A program made the position numbers and the translations under genes. A stretch of DNA of 64,000 nt. Source: Porifericola rhodea. Lineage in GTDB: Bacteria > Bacteroidota > Bacteroidia > Cytophagales > Cyclobacteriaceae. The stretch spans positions 176,354 to 240,353 of the forward strand of contig NZ_CP119421.1 of the NCBI RefSeq assembly GCF_030506305.1. The letters run 5' to 3'. The notes beneath the pieces were generated by a model. It searched no databases. It was not told where the DNA came from and saw nothing but the letters and a program-made list of their open reading frames with translations. Below are positions 48,957 to 58,378 of this stretch, one piece after another; position 1 is the first letter of the stretch, and every line of letters begins with the position of its first letter.

Positions 48957-49763
48957 ATGCCAGATATAGAATCATACCGCCCAGAGAGGTACAAAGATCT
49001 GATTGAGCATATTTGGCTAATAAAGAATGGGGCTCAAAGCATAGATGTGATAGTTCCGCCCAGCCCATATCTCAATCTAATCTTTCCCCTAAACGATACA
49101 CATTACTATTTTAACCAGACTTTAGTTAGCGACCCACAGCTTGAAGGTCTATCGTTACAAACCCATCAGCTTCGTTACCCGGCTCATACCAGTATTTTAG
49201 GCATACGCTTTTACCCATATGGGTTGTATCCTTTTGTACCGCTACATCCAAAATTACTCATTAATAGCAGCAGCCTGGCGGAGCTCTTTATAAAAGAGGC
49301 TAATCTTACACGAATTAAATCAATCACTGATACATCCAAAGCTATCCATGAGGTTTATCAACTGCTAGACAAATTGCATAACGCTAAGCGAGATGCTTCT
49401 ATCGCCCTCCTCAAAAACTTCTACAAGTTTTACCGTACAGGCGAAGAAGAACTGAGCATAGAAGACTATTGCACACAAATAGGCTCCAACTACTGTACCC
49501 TCAACAGAAAACTAAGCAAAGTCACAGGCATATCTCCCAAAAAATTAGAACGCTTGCTCCGATTCAGAAAATCGCTTTGCAGCCTCACTGATTCTACAGA
49601 AAAACTGACTCAGATTAGTACAGAAGCGGGATATTTTGACCAGGCTCACTTTATCAGAGAGTTTAAATGGTTTGTGTCTCAAACACCATCATCCTACCAA
49701 AATAGAATTAAGTCATCACCTAACGATAGCGTACTTATCAACTACAATTTCAGGCTATTCTAG
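48957..49763 (+). CDS. AraC-family transcriptional regulator
   Basis: C-terminal HTH_18 region 'YCTQIGSNYCTLNRKLSKVTGISPKKL...GYFDQAHFIREFKWFVSQTPSSY'. Confidence 0.75.
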   Translation: MPDIESYRPERYKDLIEHIWLIKNGAQSIDVIVPPSPYLNLIFPLNDTHYYFNQTLVSDPQLEGLSLQTHQLRYPAHTSILGIRFYPYGLYPFVPLHPKLLINSSSLAELFIKEANLTRIKSITDTSKAIHEVYQLLDKLHNAKRDASIALLKNFYKFYRTGEEELSIEDYCTQIGSNYCTLNRKLSKVTGISPKKLERLLRFRKSLCSLTDSTEKLTQISTEAGYFDQAHFIREFKWFVSQTPSSYQNRIKSSPNDSVLINYNFRLF

Positions 49764-49894
49764 TTTTTTGTTTCTATTCAAATAGCAGACTTAGCTAGTT
49801 CAATAAGGGGCAAAACAGCTGAACTGCACAAAATATACAATTTTGCGGCTCACTTTCTTATCAACTTTGGCATATCAACAAACTTATATAGCTG

Positions 49895-50278
49895 ATGAGA
49901 ATAGAACATATTGCGATGTGGGTTCGCGATTTAGAAAAGGCAAAAGAATTTTATCAAAAGTACTTCCACATGAAATCTGGCCCCCGATACGAAAACCCCG
50001 ATAAAAATTTCACTTCCTATTTTCTGTACTTTGACAGTGGCAGCAGACTGGAACTTATGCACAGACCCGATATTCAAGATGCCGGAGACCAGTCCAGATG
50101 TTTTGGGTTTACCCATATGGCATTTTCGGTAGGCAATAAAGAGGAGGTAGACCACCTTACCGAACGTTTGCGTACCGATGGATATATTATTTACGGAGAG
50201 CCACGTACTACGGGAGATGGCTACTATGAGAGTGTGGTACTGGATACAGAGGGCAACTCTATAGAGATTACAGAATAA
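49895..50278 (+). CDS. VOC (glyoxalase/bleomycin-resistance) family protein
   Basis: 'MRIEHIAMWVRDLEKAKEFY' and 'HMAFSV' beta-alpha-beta-beta-beta modules. Confidence 0.7.
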   Translation: MRIEHIAMWVRDLEKAKEFYQKYFHMKSGPRYENPDKNFTSYFLYFDSGSRLELMHRPDIQDAGDQSRCFGFTHMAFSVGNKEEVDHLTERLRTDGYIIYGEPRTTGDGYYESVVLDTEGNSIEITE

Positions 50279-50448
50279 AAACACCCTTTTACAGCCCATA
50301 TACTTAAACTTTTTAGAGGAGCATGTTGGATGGAAAGTAAGCCCGGGCAAATATGTACTGCCTACTGTTCAGTGTTTATGTGAAGCTACAGTTGTGTACA
50401 TTTTTATTTATCTTATGAAAGATCATTTACTCACACAACCTAAACTAC

Positions 50449-51807
50449 ATGAACCGAAGAACCTTGCTCCAACGTATGGGCATGGGGCTATCTGCCGGGC
50501 TAATTAGCCCAGCCCTCCCCCTTGCTCAGGCCCAGGCAGAAGCTCCTTACAAAAATGGGATGCCTCCTGTCAAAATTACCAATGTAAAAGCCATACCAAC
50601 CTGCCCACATGGACTTGAGCTGATTGTGGTTAAAGTAGAAACCTCTGAACCAGGACTCTACGGGCTGGGTTGTGCTACCTTCCGGCAAAGAGCACATGCC
50701 GTAGTATCAGCCGTTAATGACTATCTCAATGATTTTTGCCAGGGCAAAGATGTAGATAATATTGAAGACATTTGGCAGACCGCCTACGTTAGCTCGTACT
50801 GGCGTAACGGACCGGTGCTCAACAATGCGCTCAGCGGACTGGATCAGGCACTCTGGGATATTAAAGGAAAAAGAGCTGGCATGCCGGTCTACCAGATGCT
50901 GGGAGGTAAAGTTCGCTTTGCCGTAGACTGCTATGCTCATGCCAGCGGCAATAGTCCGCAAGAGGTGGCCGAAAGTGTCCAGAAATTTGTAGACCAGGGC
51001 TTCAGGCATGTACGAATTCAGATGGGAGGCTATGGTGCAGCGCAGCTGTTAGGTGGATATGGCGAGGGGGCGGCACAACAGCAACCTCACTTTAAAGATG
51101 CAGGCTTTGGTAGCCCGGAAGATAATGTCATGGATTCTGTAGCCTACACCAGAAGTGTGGTAGATATGTTTGCTGAAGTTCGTAAAAGATGTGGTGAAAG
51201 AGTAGAGTTGCTACACGATATACACGAGCGCATACAACCTATGGAAGCCATACGCCTGATAGAGCAACTGGAAGCTTTCCGTCCTTTCTTTATAGAAGAT
51301 CCTTTTTCACCGGAAAACAACGCTTACTTCAAATTATTACGACAGCATACCACAGTACCCATCGCTATGGGTGAGTTGTATAACAACCCTCACGAATGGC
51401 TGGATCTGATTAAAGATCGGCTGATAGACTACATCAGAATACATATCTCCCAGATTGGGGGTATTACACCTGCCCTAAAAGTAGCACGCCTTGCAGAGTG
51501 GTTTAATGTAAAGACTGCCTGGCATGGCCCCGGTGATGTATCTCCGGTAGGGCATGCTGCCAATGCCCACATAGACCTGGCCGTATGGAACTTCGGAATA
51601 CAGGAGTCTGTACATTTCTCTGACCTATTAAGAGAAATATTTCCGGGCAGCCCAGAAATGAAAAATGGTTATATGCACATTAATGAAGCTCCCGGCCTTG
51701 GCGTAGAGGTTAACGAAAAGCTAGCTCTTAAATATCCATTGCCAGAAAAAAACGATTATAACTGGACACAACTGAGAAAGCCTGATGGTACTCCGGTACG
51801 CCCCTAG
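50449..51807 (+). CDS. Enolase-superfamily dehydratase (D-mannonate/D-galactonate dehydratase RspA-like) with an N-terminal Tat signal peptide
   Basis: Twin-arginine motif 'MNRRTLLQRMGMGLSAGLISPALPLAQAQA', and the MR/MLE fold ('VYQMLGGKVR', 'HDIHERIQPMEAIRLIEQLEAFRPFFIEDP'). Confidence 0.7.
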   Translation: MNRRTLLQRMGMGLSAGLISPALPLAQAQAEAPYKNGMPPVKITNVKAIPTCPHGLELIVVKVETSEPGLYGLGCATFRQRAHAVVSAVNDYLNDFCQGKDVDNIEDIWQTAYVSSYWRNGPVLNNALSGLDQALWDIKGKRAGMPVYQMLGGKVRFAVDCYAHASGNSPQEVAESVQKFVDQGFRHVRIQMGGYGAAQLLGGYGEGAAQQQPHFKDAGFGSPEDNVMDSVAYTRSVVDMFAEVRKRCGERVELLHDIHERIQPMEAIRLIEQLEAFRPFFIEDPFSPENNAYFKLLRQHTTVPIAMGELYNNPHEWLDLIKDRLIDYIRIHISQIGGITPALKVARLAEWFNVKTAWHGPGDVSPVGHAANAHIDLAVWNFGIQESVHFSDLLREIFPGSPEMKNGYMHINEAPGLGVEVNEKLALKYPLPEKNDYNWTQLRKPDGTPVRP

Positions 51808-51969
51808 TGCAATCCATAGCTGTGGCCAGGGCTGGCTTTTATTGCCGTGATAGCACTTTCTTATACAACTAGCGTTAAAGCAATAGCATAGTTTAAACAT
51901 TCACTATGCTTTATTGCTTTTTCTATTGCGTACCTTCATTTTTTTAATATTATCAAAGCGCTATAATTC

Positions 51970-53070
51970 ATGCGTATTTTTAGAGTCGCTCTGGTTGTGA
52001 TGAGCGTATTTTTTATTGTTAGCACTTTACTGCCAATTATACCTCTCAACAGCTGGTGGGTACAGATTTTTGTATTTCCTCGTTTGCAGATTGTATGTAT
52101 ACTTTTGTTTCTGGCTTTGCTCTGGCTAATATTTTTTGGCCTCAGGCAGAAGCTTAACCTAATCATTATTTCACTGATAGGTGTATCCATACTTTATCAG
52201 TTTTATCGTATTTATCCGTACACTTACTTTTCGCCTACACAGACTAAAATAGCTGATGCTTCAGACTCATTGTCTAGCATAAGTGCCGTTTCTGCCAATG
52301 TGTTTATGAAGAACCGGGAGTATCGTGAGCTGATTGAAGTAATCAGGAAAAAGAAGCCCGATTTAGTGCTTTTACTTGAAACGGATGAATGGTGGGCAAA
52401 ACATACCGATACGCTACTCAATTGGTACCCTTACTCCTTGAGCGAACCCTTGGATAACACTTATGGGATGATGCTCTACTCAAAACTAAAACTGGAAGAT
52501 GCAAAAGTTAAGTACCTGATTGAGGATAGTATTCCATCTATGCATGCTTACGTACGCTTGCGCTCAGGCGATCGTATTAAATTATACTGTTTGCATCCTA
52601 AGCCTCCGGTTCCTCCTGAGAGTGAGAGTAGTGTAAAAAGAGATGCGGAACTGCTACTAGCCGGTAAAATGGTACAGCAAAATAAAGAGCCAGCCATCGT
52701 TATGGGAGATTTAAATGATGTGGCCTGGTCTAAAACTACCCGACTGTTCTTAAAGACCAGCCAGATGCTTGACCCGCGTATAGGCAGGGGGTTTTACAAT
52801 ACCTTTAACGCACATATTCCGCTTATGCGCTGGTCTCTGGACCATGTTTTCCATTCAGAAAGTTTTCAGTTGAATACTCTGGAAGTGCTGCCTCACGTAG
52901 GTTCTGACCACTTTCCTATTTACTTTTCACTTAGCTATCTCCCACAGGAAAAAGAAGAACAGGAGCCTCTGGAATCTAATACTGCTAAAGAGGAAGATAC
53001 TGTAGATAAGACAATTAAAAAAGGTATTCAGAAAGAGCAGAAAGAAGAAAGGGAAGAACAGAAAGACTAG
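51970..53070 (+). CDS. Endonuclease/exonuclease/phosphatase (EEP) family protein with an N-terminal membrane domain
   Basis: 3 TM segments, then 'LLLETDEWW', 'MGDLNDVAWS', 'DHVFHS' and 'GSDHFPIY'. Confidence 0.7.
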   Translation: MRIFRVALVVMSVFFIVSTLLPIIPLNSWWVQIFVFPRLQIVCILLFLALLWLIFFGLRQKLNLIIISLIGVSILYQFYRIYPYTYFSPTQTKIADASDSLSSISAVSANVFMKNREYRELIEVIRKKKPDLVLLLETDEWWAKHTDTLLNWYPYSLSEPLDNTYGMMLYSKLKLEDAKVKYLIEDSIPSMHAYVRLRSGDRIKLYCLHPKPPVPPESESSVKRDAELLLAGKMVQQNKEPAIVMGDLNDVAWSKTTRLFLKTSQMLDPRIGRGFYNTFNAHIPLMRWSLDHVFHSESFQLNTLEVLPHVGSDHFPIYFSLSYLPQEKEEQEPLESNTAKEEDTVDKTIKKGIQKEQKEEREEQKD

Positions 53071-53080
53071 AAAAAGCAAA

Positions 53081-53099
53081 AGGGCTGCAAAACAGCCCT
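53081..53099 (+). terminator. Hairpin AGGGCTG stem, CAAAA loop, CAGCCCT stem, with no U-tract
   Basis: A perfect 7-bp stem 11 nt after the EEP stop. There is an A-rich lead-in but no T-run. Confidence 0.35.
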
Positions 53100-53263
53100 C
53101 ACGCTTATGTAACCCCACGTATAGTTAAAAAAATCTAATATCAATCTTAGTTTAAAAAGTAATCGAATGTGCTAAGCATAGTGTCAATATCGTGCCAGTA
53201 TTAAACAATTACCATATTTGACTAGTTGTGTAAAAAAATGTCTAACATATTCCCCGTGTCACG

Positions 53264-53273
53264 GGGAATTCCC
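53264..53273. promoter_or_regulatory. Perfect 10-bp palindrome GGGAATTCCC, a candidate MarR operator. It overlaps a 6-bp-stem hairpin at 53252-53266.
   Basis: It lies 55 nt upstream of the marR-family gene ATG at 53328. Confidence 0.4.
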
Positions 53274-53327
53274 TCCCCAAATTTTCCACATTTTAATTAA
53301 TCCACACAATATTCTAATTTAGCCGCT

Positions 53328-53771
53328 ATGGCTATACCCTCAGATGATACCTTCAGTAACTATTCTTTTTTACTGGAGAAAACTAACAAGAAGATTAAGC
53401 ACTATGCTAAACAGCAGTTTAGAGCGCTGGGTTTTGAAGTAACTGTAGACCAATGGGCAGTACTAAAAATTCTGGCTGAGCATAAAACTTTAAATCAGGT
53501 TACTCTAGCTCAGCTTATTCATAAAGACACGCCTACCGTTACTCGCATACTGGATTTGCTAAGCCAAAAAAACATGATTGAGCGACAACATGACGTTGAA
53601 GACCGCCGTAGAATATGTGTCTGCCTTACCAAGACTGGTGAGCAAACTGTGGAAAAAATGCTGCCTGAGGTAAGAAAGATACGAATGCACGCCTGGAAGC
53701 ATTTAAGTGAAGAAGATTTTAAGCACTTCGTCCGTATACTGAATACCATCTACGATAACCTTAAGCCCTAA
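53328..53771 (+). CDS. MarR-family transcriptional regulator
   Basis: Winged HTH 'LNQVTLAQLIHKDTPTVTRILDLLSQKNMIERQHDVEDRR', 147 aa. Confidence 0.8.
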   Translation: MAIPSDDTFSNYSFLLEKTNKKIKHYAKQQFRALGFEVTVDQWAVLKILAEHKTLNQVTLAQLIHKDTPTVTRILDLLSQKNMIERQHDVEDRRRICVCLTKTGEQTVEKMLPEVRKIRMHAWKHLSEEDFKHFVRILNTIYDNLKP

Positions 53772-53860
53772 AATTTTTTCCTAAATTAAAACGCATACAA
53801 ATAATTAGCATAACAACTATTTTATGCTTTACTTCGTTACTCAGTAAAAAAAATAGAGCT

Positions 53861-54865
53861 ATGATACACACAGACCTTTGCATTATTGGTGCCGGCCCGG
53901 TGGGCTTATTCGCAGTCTTTGAAGCTGGATTACTTAAAATGCGATGTCATGTGATGGACGTTCTTCCACAAATTGGTGGTCAGTTATCTGAAATCTATCC
54001 CAAGAAGCCGATATATGACATACCAGGTTACCCGGTGGTGCTGGCTCAGGAGTTAGTAGATAACCTGGCCAAACAAATTGAGCCATTTAATCCAAGCTTT
54101 ACGCTGGGTGAACGCGTAGAAAAAATTGAACGTCAGGAAGACGAATCCTTCATTCTAGAAACCAACGAGGGTACTCAGTGCCATGCAAAAGCGGTTGTAA
54201 TTGCCGGAGGATTAGGTTGTTTTGAACCTCGTAAGCCTGCCCTGGATAGGCTGGAAAGCTTTGAAGGTAAAGGAGTAGACTACATGGTTCGCAATCCAGA
54301 AAAGTATATTAACCGAAAAGTAGTAATTGCCGGAGGTGGAGACTCCGCGCTAGACTGGACAATCTACCTGGCAGAACATGTTGAAGAACTTACGCTGGTA
54401 CACCGCGGCAGCAGCTTTAGAGGAGCCCCAGACTCTGCAGAAAAAGTTCTAAAACTGGCAGAAGAAGGAAAGCTAAAGCTTATGCTCAATAGCCAGGTAA
54501 GCGAACTCAAGGGTGAGCAACTTCTGAATGAGTGTACCATTACCAACAAGGCCGGTGAGACCGAGACTGTAAGTACAGACTTTTTCATTCCACTCTTTGG
54601 CCTTAGCCCCAAACTTGGGCCGATAGCTAACTGGAACCTTAATCTGGACAAAAACGCTATTGAGGTTAATGTTGAAGATTATTCTACCAACGTGCCTGGC
54701 GTTTATGCTATTGGAGATATTAACCAGTACCCTGGCAAACTTAAGCTTATCCTTAGCGGCTTTCATGAAGCAGCTCTAATGGCCCAGAGTGCATACCGTG
54801 TCGTGAGCGGTGGAAAAAAAGCCAGTTTAAAATATACAACAGTTAATGGAATTCAAACCTTTTAA
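53861..54865 (+). CDS. Ferredoxin--NADP+ reductase, thioredoxin-reductase-like type (YumC/FNR2)
   Basis: 'DLCIIGAGPVGLFAV', 'KVVIAGGGDSALDW' and the C-terminal 'YAIGDI'. Confidence 0.8.
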   Translation: MIHTDLCIIGAGPVGLFAVFEAGLLKMRCHVMDVLPQIGGQLSEIYPKKPIYDIPGYPVVLAQELVDNLAKQIEPFNPSFTLGERVEKIERQEDESFILETNEGTQCHAKAVVIAGGLGCFEPRKPALDRLESFEGKGVDYMVRNPEKYINRKVVIAGGGDSALDWTIYLAEHVEELTLVHRGSSFRGAPDSAEKVLKLAEEGKLKLMLNSQVSELKGEQLLNECTITNKAGETETVSTDFFIPLFGLSPKLGPIANWNLNLDKNAIEVNVEDYSTNVPGVYAIGDINQYPGKLKLILSGFHEAALMAQSAYRVVSGGKKASLKYTTVNGIQTF

Positions 54866-54868
54866 TTG

Positions 54869-55195
54869 ATGGACATAAAAATTCACGTTGAGGAAGCAGA
54901 CGGTCAGTTTAATACGATAGAAGCTCCTACTGATATGGGCCTTAGCTTGATGGAAATTTTGAAAGCTTCTGAATATCCGGTAGCGGCAACCTGCGGAGGT
55001 ATGGCACTTTGTGCATCTTGCCACGTAGAAATTCTGGATAATACTTATGATGAAGAAGCCAATGATGCTGAAATGGACATGTTGGATACACTACCTGTAG
55101 TAAGCGATAGTAGCCGGCTTGCTTGCCAGATGCCTCTAACTGATGACATGGACGGCATACGCGTACGCCTGATGGCGGAGGCTTCTATGGAATAA
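54869..55195 (+). CDS. [2Fe-2S] ferredoxin (adrenodoxin/putidaredoxin-like)
   Basis: 'ATCGGMALCASCHV' and 'RLACQ'. The ATG is at 54869, 4 nt after the FNR stop. Confidence 0.8.
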   Translation: MDIKIHVEEADGQFNTIEAPTDMGLSLMEILKASEYPVAATCGGMALCASCHVEILDNTYDEEANDAEMDMLDTLPVVSDSSRLACQMPLTDDMDGIRVRLMAEASME

Positions 55196-55218
55196 AATCC
55201 TGTCCTTAAAAATAAACA

Positions 55219-55256
55219 AAGCCACTACCCTCTCGGATAGTGGCTTTATTATTTTA
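55219..55256. terminator. Bidirectional terminator: AAGCCACTA stem, 10-nt loop, TAGTGGCTT stem, then a T-rich tail
   Basis: A perfect 9-bp stem between the convergent ferredoxin and msrA genes. Confidence 0.65.
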
Positions 55257-55267
55257 TACACTTAAAA

Positions 55268-55963
55268 TTAATTGTTTACTTTCTTAAGCTTGTCTTTAAA
55301 TACCTGCTCAAACTTTTCTACTTTCGGACGAATTACAAAAGAGCAGTAAGGCTGACTACCGTTCAGGTTAAAGTAATTCTGATGGTAATCTTCCGCAGGA
55401 TAAAATTTTTCAAAAGCTGTAATTTCTGTTACGATGGGAGCATCATAAGCACCCGCTGCATTAAGCTCCTGCTTATACTTTTCTGCTTTTTCCTTTTGCT
55501 CCTCGTTATGATAAAATACAGCCGAACGGTACTGAGGACCTACGTCATTCCCCTGTCGGTTAGGGGTGGTAGGGTCGTGTGTTTTCCAGAATACTTCTAA
55601 TAGTTCATCGTAACTTATAACAGCAGGATCATACTTAATATGAATCACTTCTGCATGCCCGGTAGTACCCGTGCAAACCTGCTTGTAAGTTGGGTTATCT
55701 ACATGACCACCCGAATATCCGGAGGTTACTTCTTCTACACCATTCAAATTCTGAAATATAGCTTCTGTACACCAAAAGCATCCATTACCAAATGTCGCTA
55801 TTTCCATGTCATTATTTTTATTATGTAACTGTTCGGCGGAGTACTTGTTCTCTCTCGCCTCGGCACATGCATTAAGCGTAAAAACAAACGCTATCCCATA
55901 AATGAATAATTTAACCATATGCGTATGTGTTCTGTACGGTTTACAAATAAAGGAGTTTTGCAT
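55268..55963 (-). CDS. msrA: Peptide methionine sulfoxide reductase MsrA, secreted/lipoprotein form
   Basis: 'GNGCFWCTEAIF' active site. The real start is probably 'MVKLFIYGIAFVFTLNAC' at 55918. Confidence 0.85.
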   Translation of the reverse strand: MQNSFICKPYRTHTHMVKLFIYGIAFVFTLNACAEARENKYSAEQLHNKNNDMEIATFGNGCFWCTEAIFQNLNGVEEVTSGYSGGHVDNPTYKQVCTGTTGHAEVIHIKYDPAVISYDELLEVFWKTHDPTTPNRQGNDVGPQYRSAVFYHNEEQKEKAEKYKQELNAAGAYDAPIVTEITAFEKFYPAEDYHQNYFNLNGSQPYCSFVIRPKVEKFEQVFKDKLKKVNN

Positions 55964-56254
55964 ATTCTAACTAACAGCGGACTTTGAAAAAAATTACTCC
56001 TACACATTCTTATACACAAAAAAAATTTAATGAACTCTGATTTGCATTCACACAATATTTATGTATTATACACACAAATTAAGTGTATATACTTTATTCT
56101 GACATAATTAGTTATAGATATACAGAGCTTAATAAGGTGAATAGATAGGTGTAAAACGAAACACCGGAATGCATTTGCATATCCAGTGTTTTTCATTTGG
56201 CAATGGCAGTTAAAAGTAAAAAAATTACCAATTATCTAAGTGGGGTACCATGGT

Positions 56255-56587
56255 CTAGAGCATCAGGCCTCCAGACATTAACTCATAACGTTCGGAGCTA
56301 CTCTGGTTAAAATTCATTTTATAGAGTGCCGAAACGAAATCATCATAGGATTGCTCTTTAAGGGCTATCACCTCATGAGCGCAATGCACATCATCAGAGA
56401 TGTACAAATTGGGTTTACGGTCGTTTTCGTTGACGTAATAAGAAGCTCTATAAAAGGTTAATGCTTCATAATGATGCTGCCTTGGGTCTAACTTAATCAG
56501 TATAGCCTTGTGCTGTTCAATCCTTTCAAAAAAGCTGTTTTCCACTGTTTTACTCTTTCTGTGCTTATGTTGTTTACTTGATGACAC
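56255..56587 (-). CDS. Hypothetical protein (110 aa)
   Basis: ORF only, with a basic N-terminus. I recognise no family. Confidence 0.3.
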   Translation of the reverse strand: MSSSKQHKHRKSKTVENSFFERIEQHKAILIKLDPRQHHYEALTFYRASYYVNENDRKPNLYISDDVHCAHEVIALKEQSYDDFVSALYKMNFNQSSSERYELMSGGLML

Positions 56588-56671
56588 AAAAGTAACAGGC
56601 CAAAGCTTAGAGTCAGTTAAAGAATAGTTACCAAAGTATTAAGTATTCTTCATTGAATTCTTTTGTACCCT

Positions 56672-58237
56672 TTAGTTCTCTTTTAGGATAAGCATGGTAT
56701 GCGGTTCAAAAAGCTCACTTTTTTCATACCAAATATCCTCTAGTTCAGCCCAGCCTTCAAACTCCTCGTAATAATCCTTGCGACTGACTACATAGTAGTT
56801 ATCTTTCTCAAACCACTGGCGCAATGTGTCTACATTATCCGTAAGCATAATCTTTTTCTGGTAGTAAAAAGACAGAGCAGGGTTAAATCGTTTATAGCTT
56901 GCTAAAGTAACTTCTTCAGGGAGCTTTTGCATCACAATTTTAGAGGGGTTAAGACGGTCTACTTTTGGTAGCATCAGGTAGAACAGGCAAAGCATAAACA
57001 ACATCCATGATGCACTAATACTGTAAATAAAATATTGCATACGCTCATGGTACAGCCAAACCATAGCAAGCACTGCTCCTAATGGTAGCAAAACAAAAAA
57101 CCAGGAGAGGTAGCTTAAGTCTGTCAATGCGGGATGCTGCTCCATCACCAGATATACAGCAATAGGCAGACATATCATAATTATCAGATACAGGTATGCC
57201 GAAACTTTTACTGTACTTAGCTTTGCCGATGCCAGTTGATAGGCCCTGTTTAGCCAATAACCTATTATAATAGCAAAAAAGGGATAAGAGGGTGCCGGAT
57301 AATTAGGAAGTTTGGTCTGAGAAAAACTAAAGAAAAGTACAAACATAAAAGCGGTGATAGTAGAAATCCAGAGCAAAGGGTTAGTTCTACGCTCTTTAAA
57401 AGCGCTGATTAGAGCTTGAGGAAGAAACATTGAGAAAGGAAGAAGCCCAATGAATACAATTAGAGGAATTATGAAGGGAGAACCACCATGACCTTCCATT
57501 TCTGAAGTAAAACGCCCTACATTGTGCTTAAGAAAAAAACCTTCTGTCCAGGCGCCATCTGTTTGAAAATGTACTGCCATATACCAGGGTAAGGCGATAG
57601 CCAGCACAATCAATGTTCCTAGGTGAGGTCTCATGCGCCATACATTAGCCCAGCTAAGTCTGACAGTAGTCATCAGATAAATCAGAAAAACAAGTCCTGG
57701 TAAAGCAATGGCTACCGGGCCTTTGGCTAAAACTCCCAACCCCATAGCCGCATACATAAGATACAGCCATTTATTTTTTTGAGTATGCCAGAAATAAAGG
57801 AACGCAAAAATACTAACCGTAATACATAAAATCAGGTAAGGATCGGGTACTGCCAGATGGAACTGTAGCGGCCATTGTAATGAAGAAAGCAATACCAGAC
57901 CTGTAAAAAAAGCTACGTTTTCTCCCACAAAGCGGCGGGCAAAAAAGTAGCTGAGCATGACCGTAAGTATGCCGGAAATAGCTGAAAAAAAACGTGCGGA
58001 AAACTCATTGACCCCGAAGCTGCTGTAGGCAGCCATCATGGCAAAATAATGCAGTGGAGGCTTATCCGTACGCAATTCATAATTGAATGTAGGAACGACC
58101 AGGCTACCTCTTTCAAACATCTCTCGGGCACAGCTGCTGTTTTTAGCTTCGTCTACGATAGAAATAGAGATACCCCACAAATTGGCAAAAAAAATCAGTA
58201 CACTTAAACTTAAAAGTATGCAGGCTCTTGTTCGCAT
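56672..58237 (-). CDS. Glycosyltransferase family 39/83 (ArnT/PMT-like 4-amino-arabinose or mannosyl transferase)
   Basis: Polytopic protein with 'DKPPLHYFAMM', and 521 aa with the GT-C topology. Confidence 0.7.
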   Translation of the reverse strand: MRTRACILLSLSVLIFFANLWGISISIVDEAKNSSCAREMFERGSLVVPTFNYELRTDKPPLHYFAMMAAYSSFGVNEFSARFFSAISGILTVMLSYFFARRFVGENVAFFTGLVLLSSLQWPLQFHLAVPDPYLILCITVSIFAFLYFWHTQKNKWLYLMYAAMGLGVLAKGPVAIALPGLVFLIYLMTTVRLSWANVWRMRPHLGTLIVLAIALPWYMAVHFQTDGAWTEGFFLKHNVGRFTSEMEGHGGSPFIIPLIVFIGLLPFSMFLPQALISAFKERRTNPLLWISTITAFMFVLFFSFSQTKLPNYPAPSYPFFAIIIGYWLNRAYQLASAKLSTVKVSAYLYLIIMICLPIAVYLVMEQHPALTDLSYLSWFFVLLPLGAVLAMVWLYHERMQYFIYSISASWMLFMLCLFYLMLPKVDRLNPSKIVMQKLPEEVTLASYKRFNPALSFYYQKKIMLTDNVDTLRQWFEKDNYYVVSRKDYYEEFEGWAELEDIWYEKSELFEPHTMLILKEN

Positions 58238-58378
58238 GATAATCAGGTTAAAAAAATGGCTAGCACTCGTTAAGCTTATACTAAAGACTCCCCTCTCCAG
58301 GTTGTGTTTTCATTAAAATTTCTTAAAATAATATTCAAAAAAGTATCAAAGGTTGCTCACAGAAAGCCTCACACTTCT

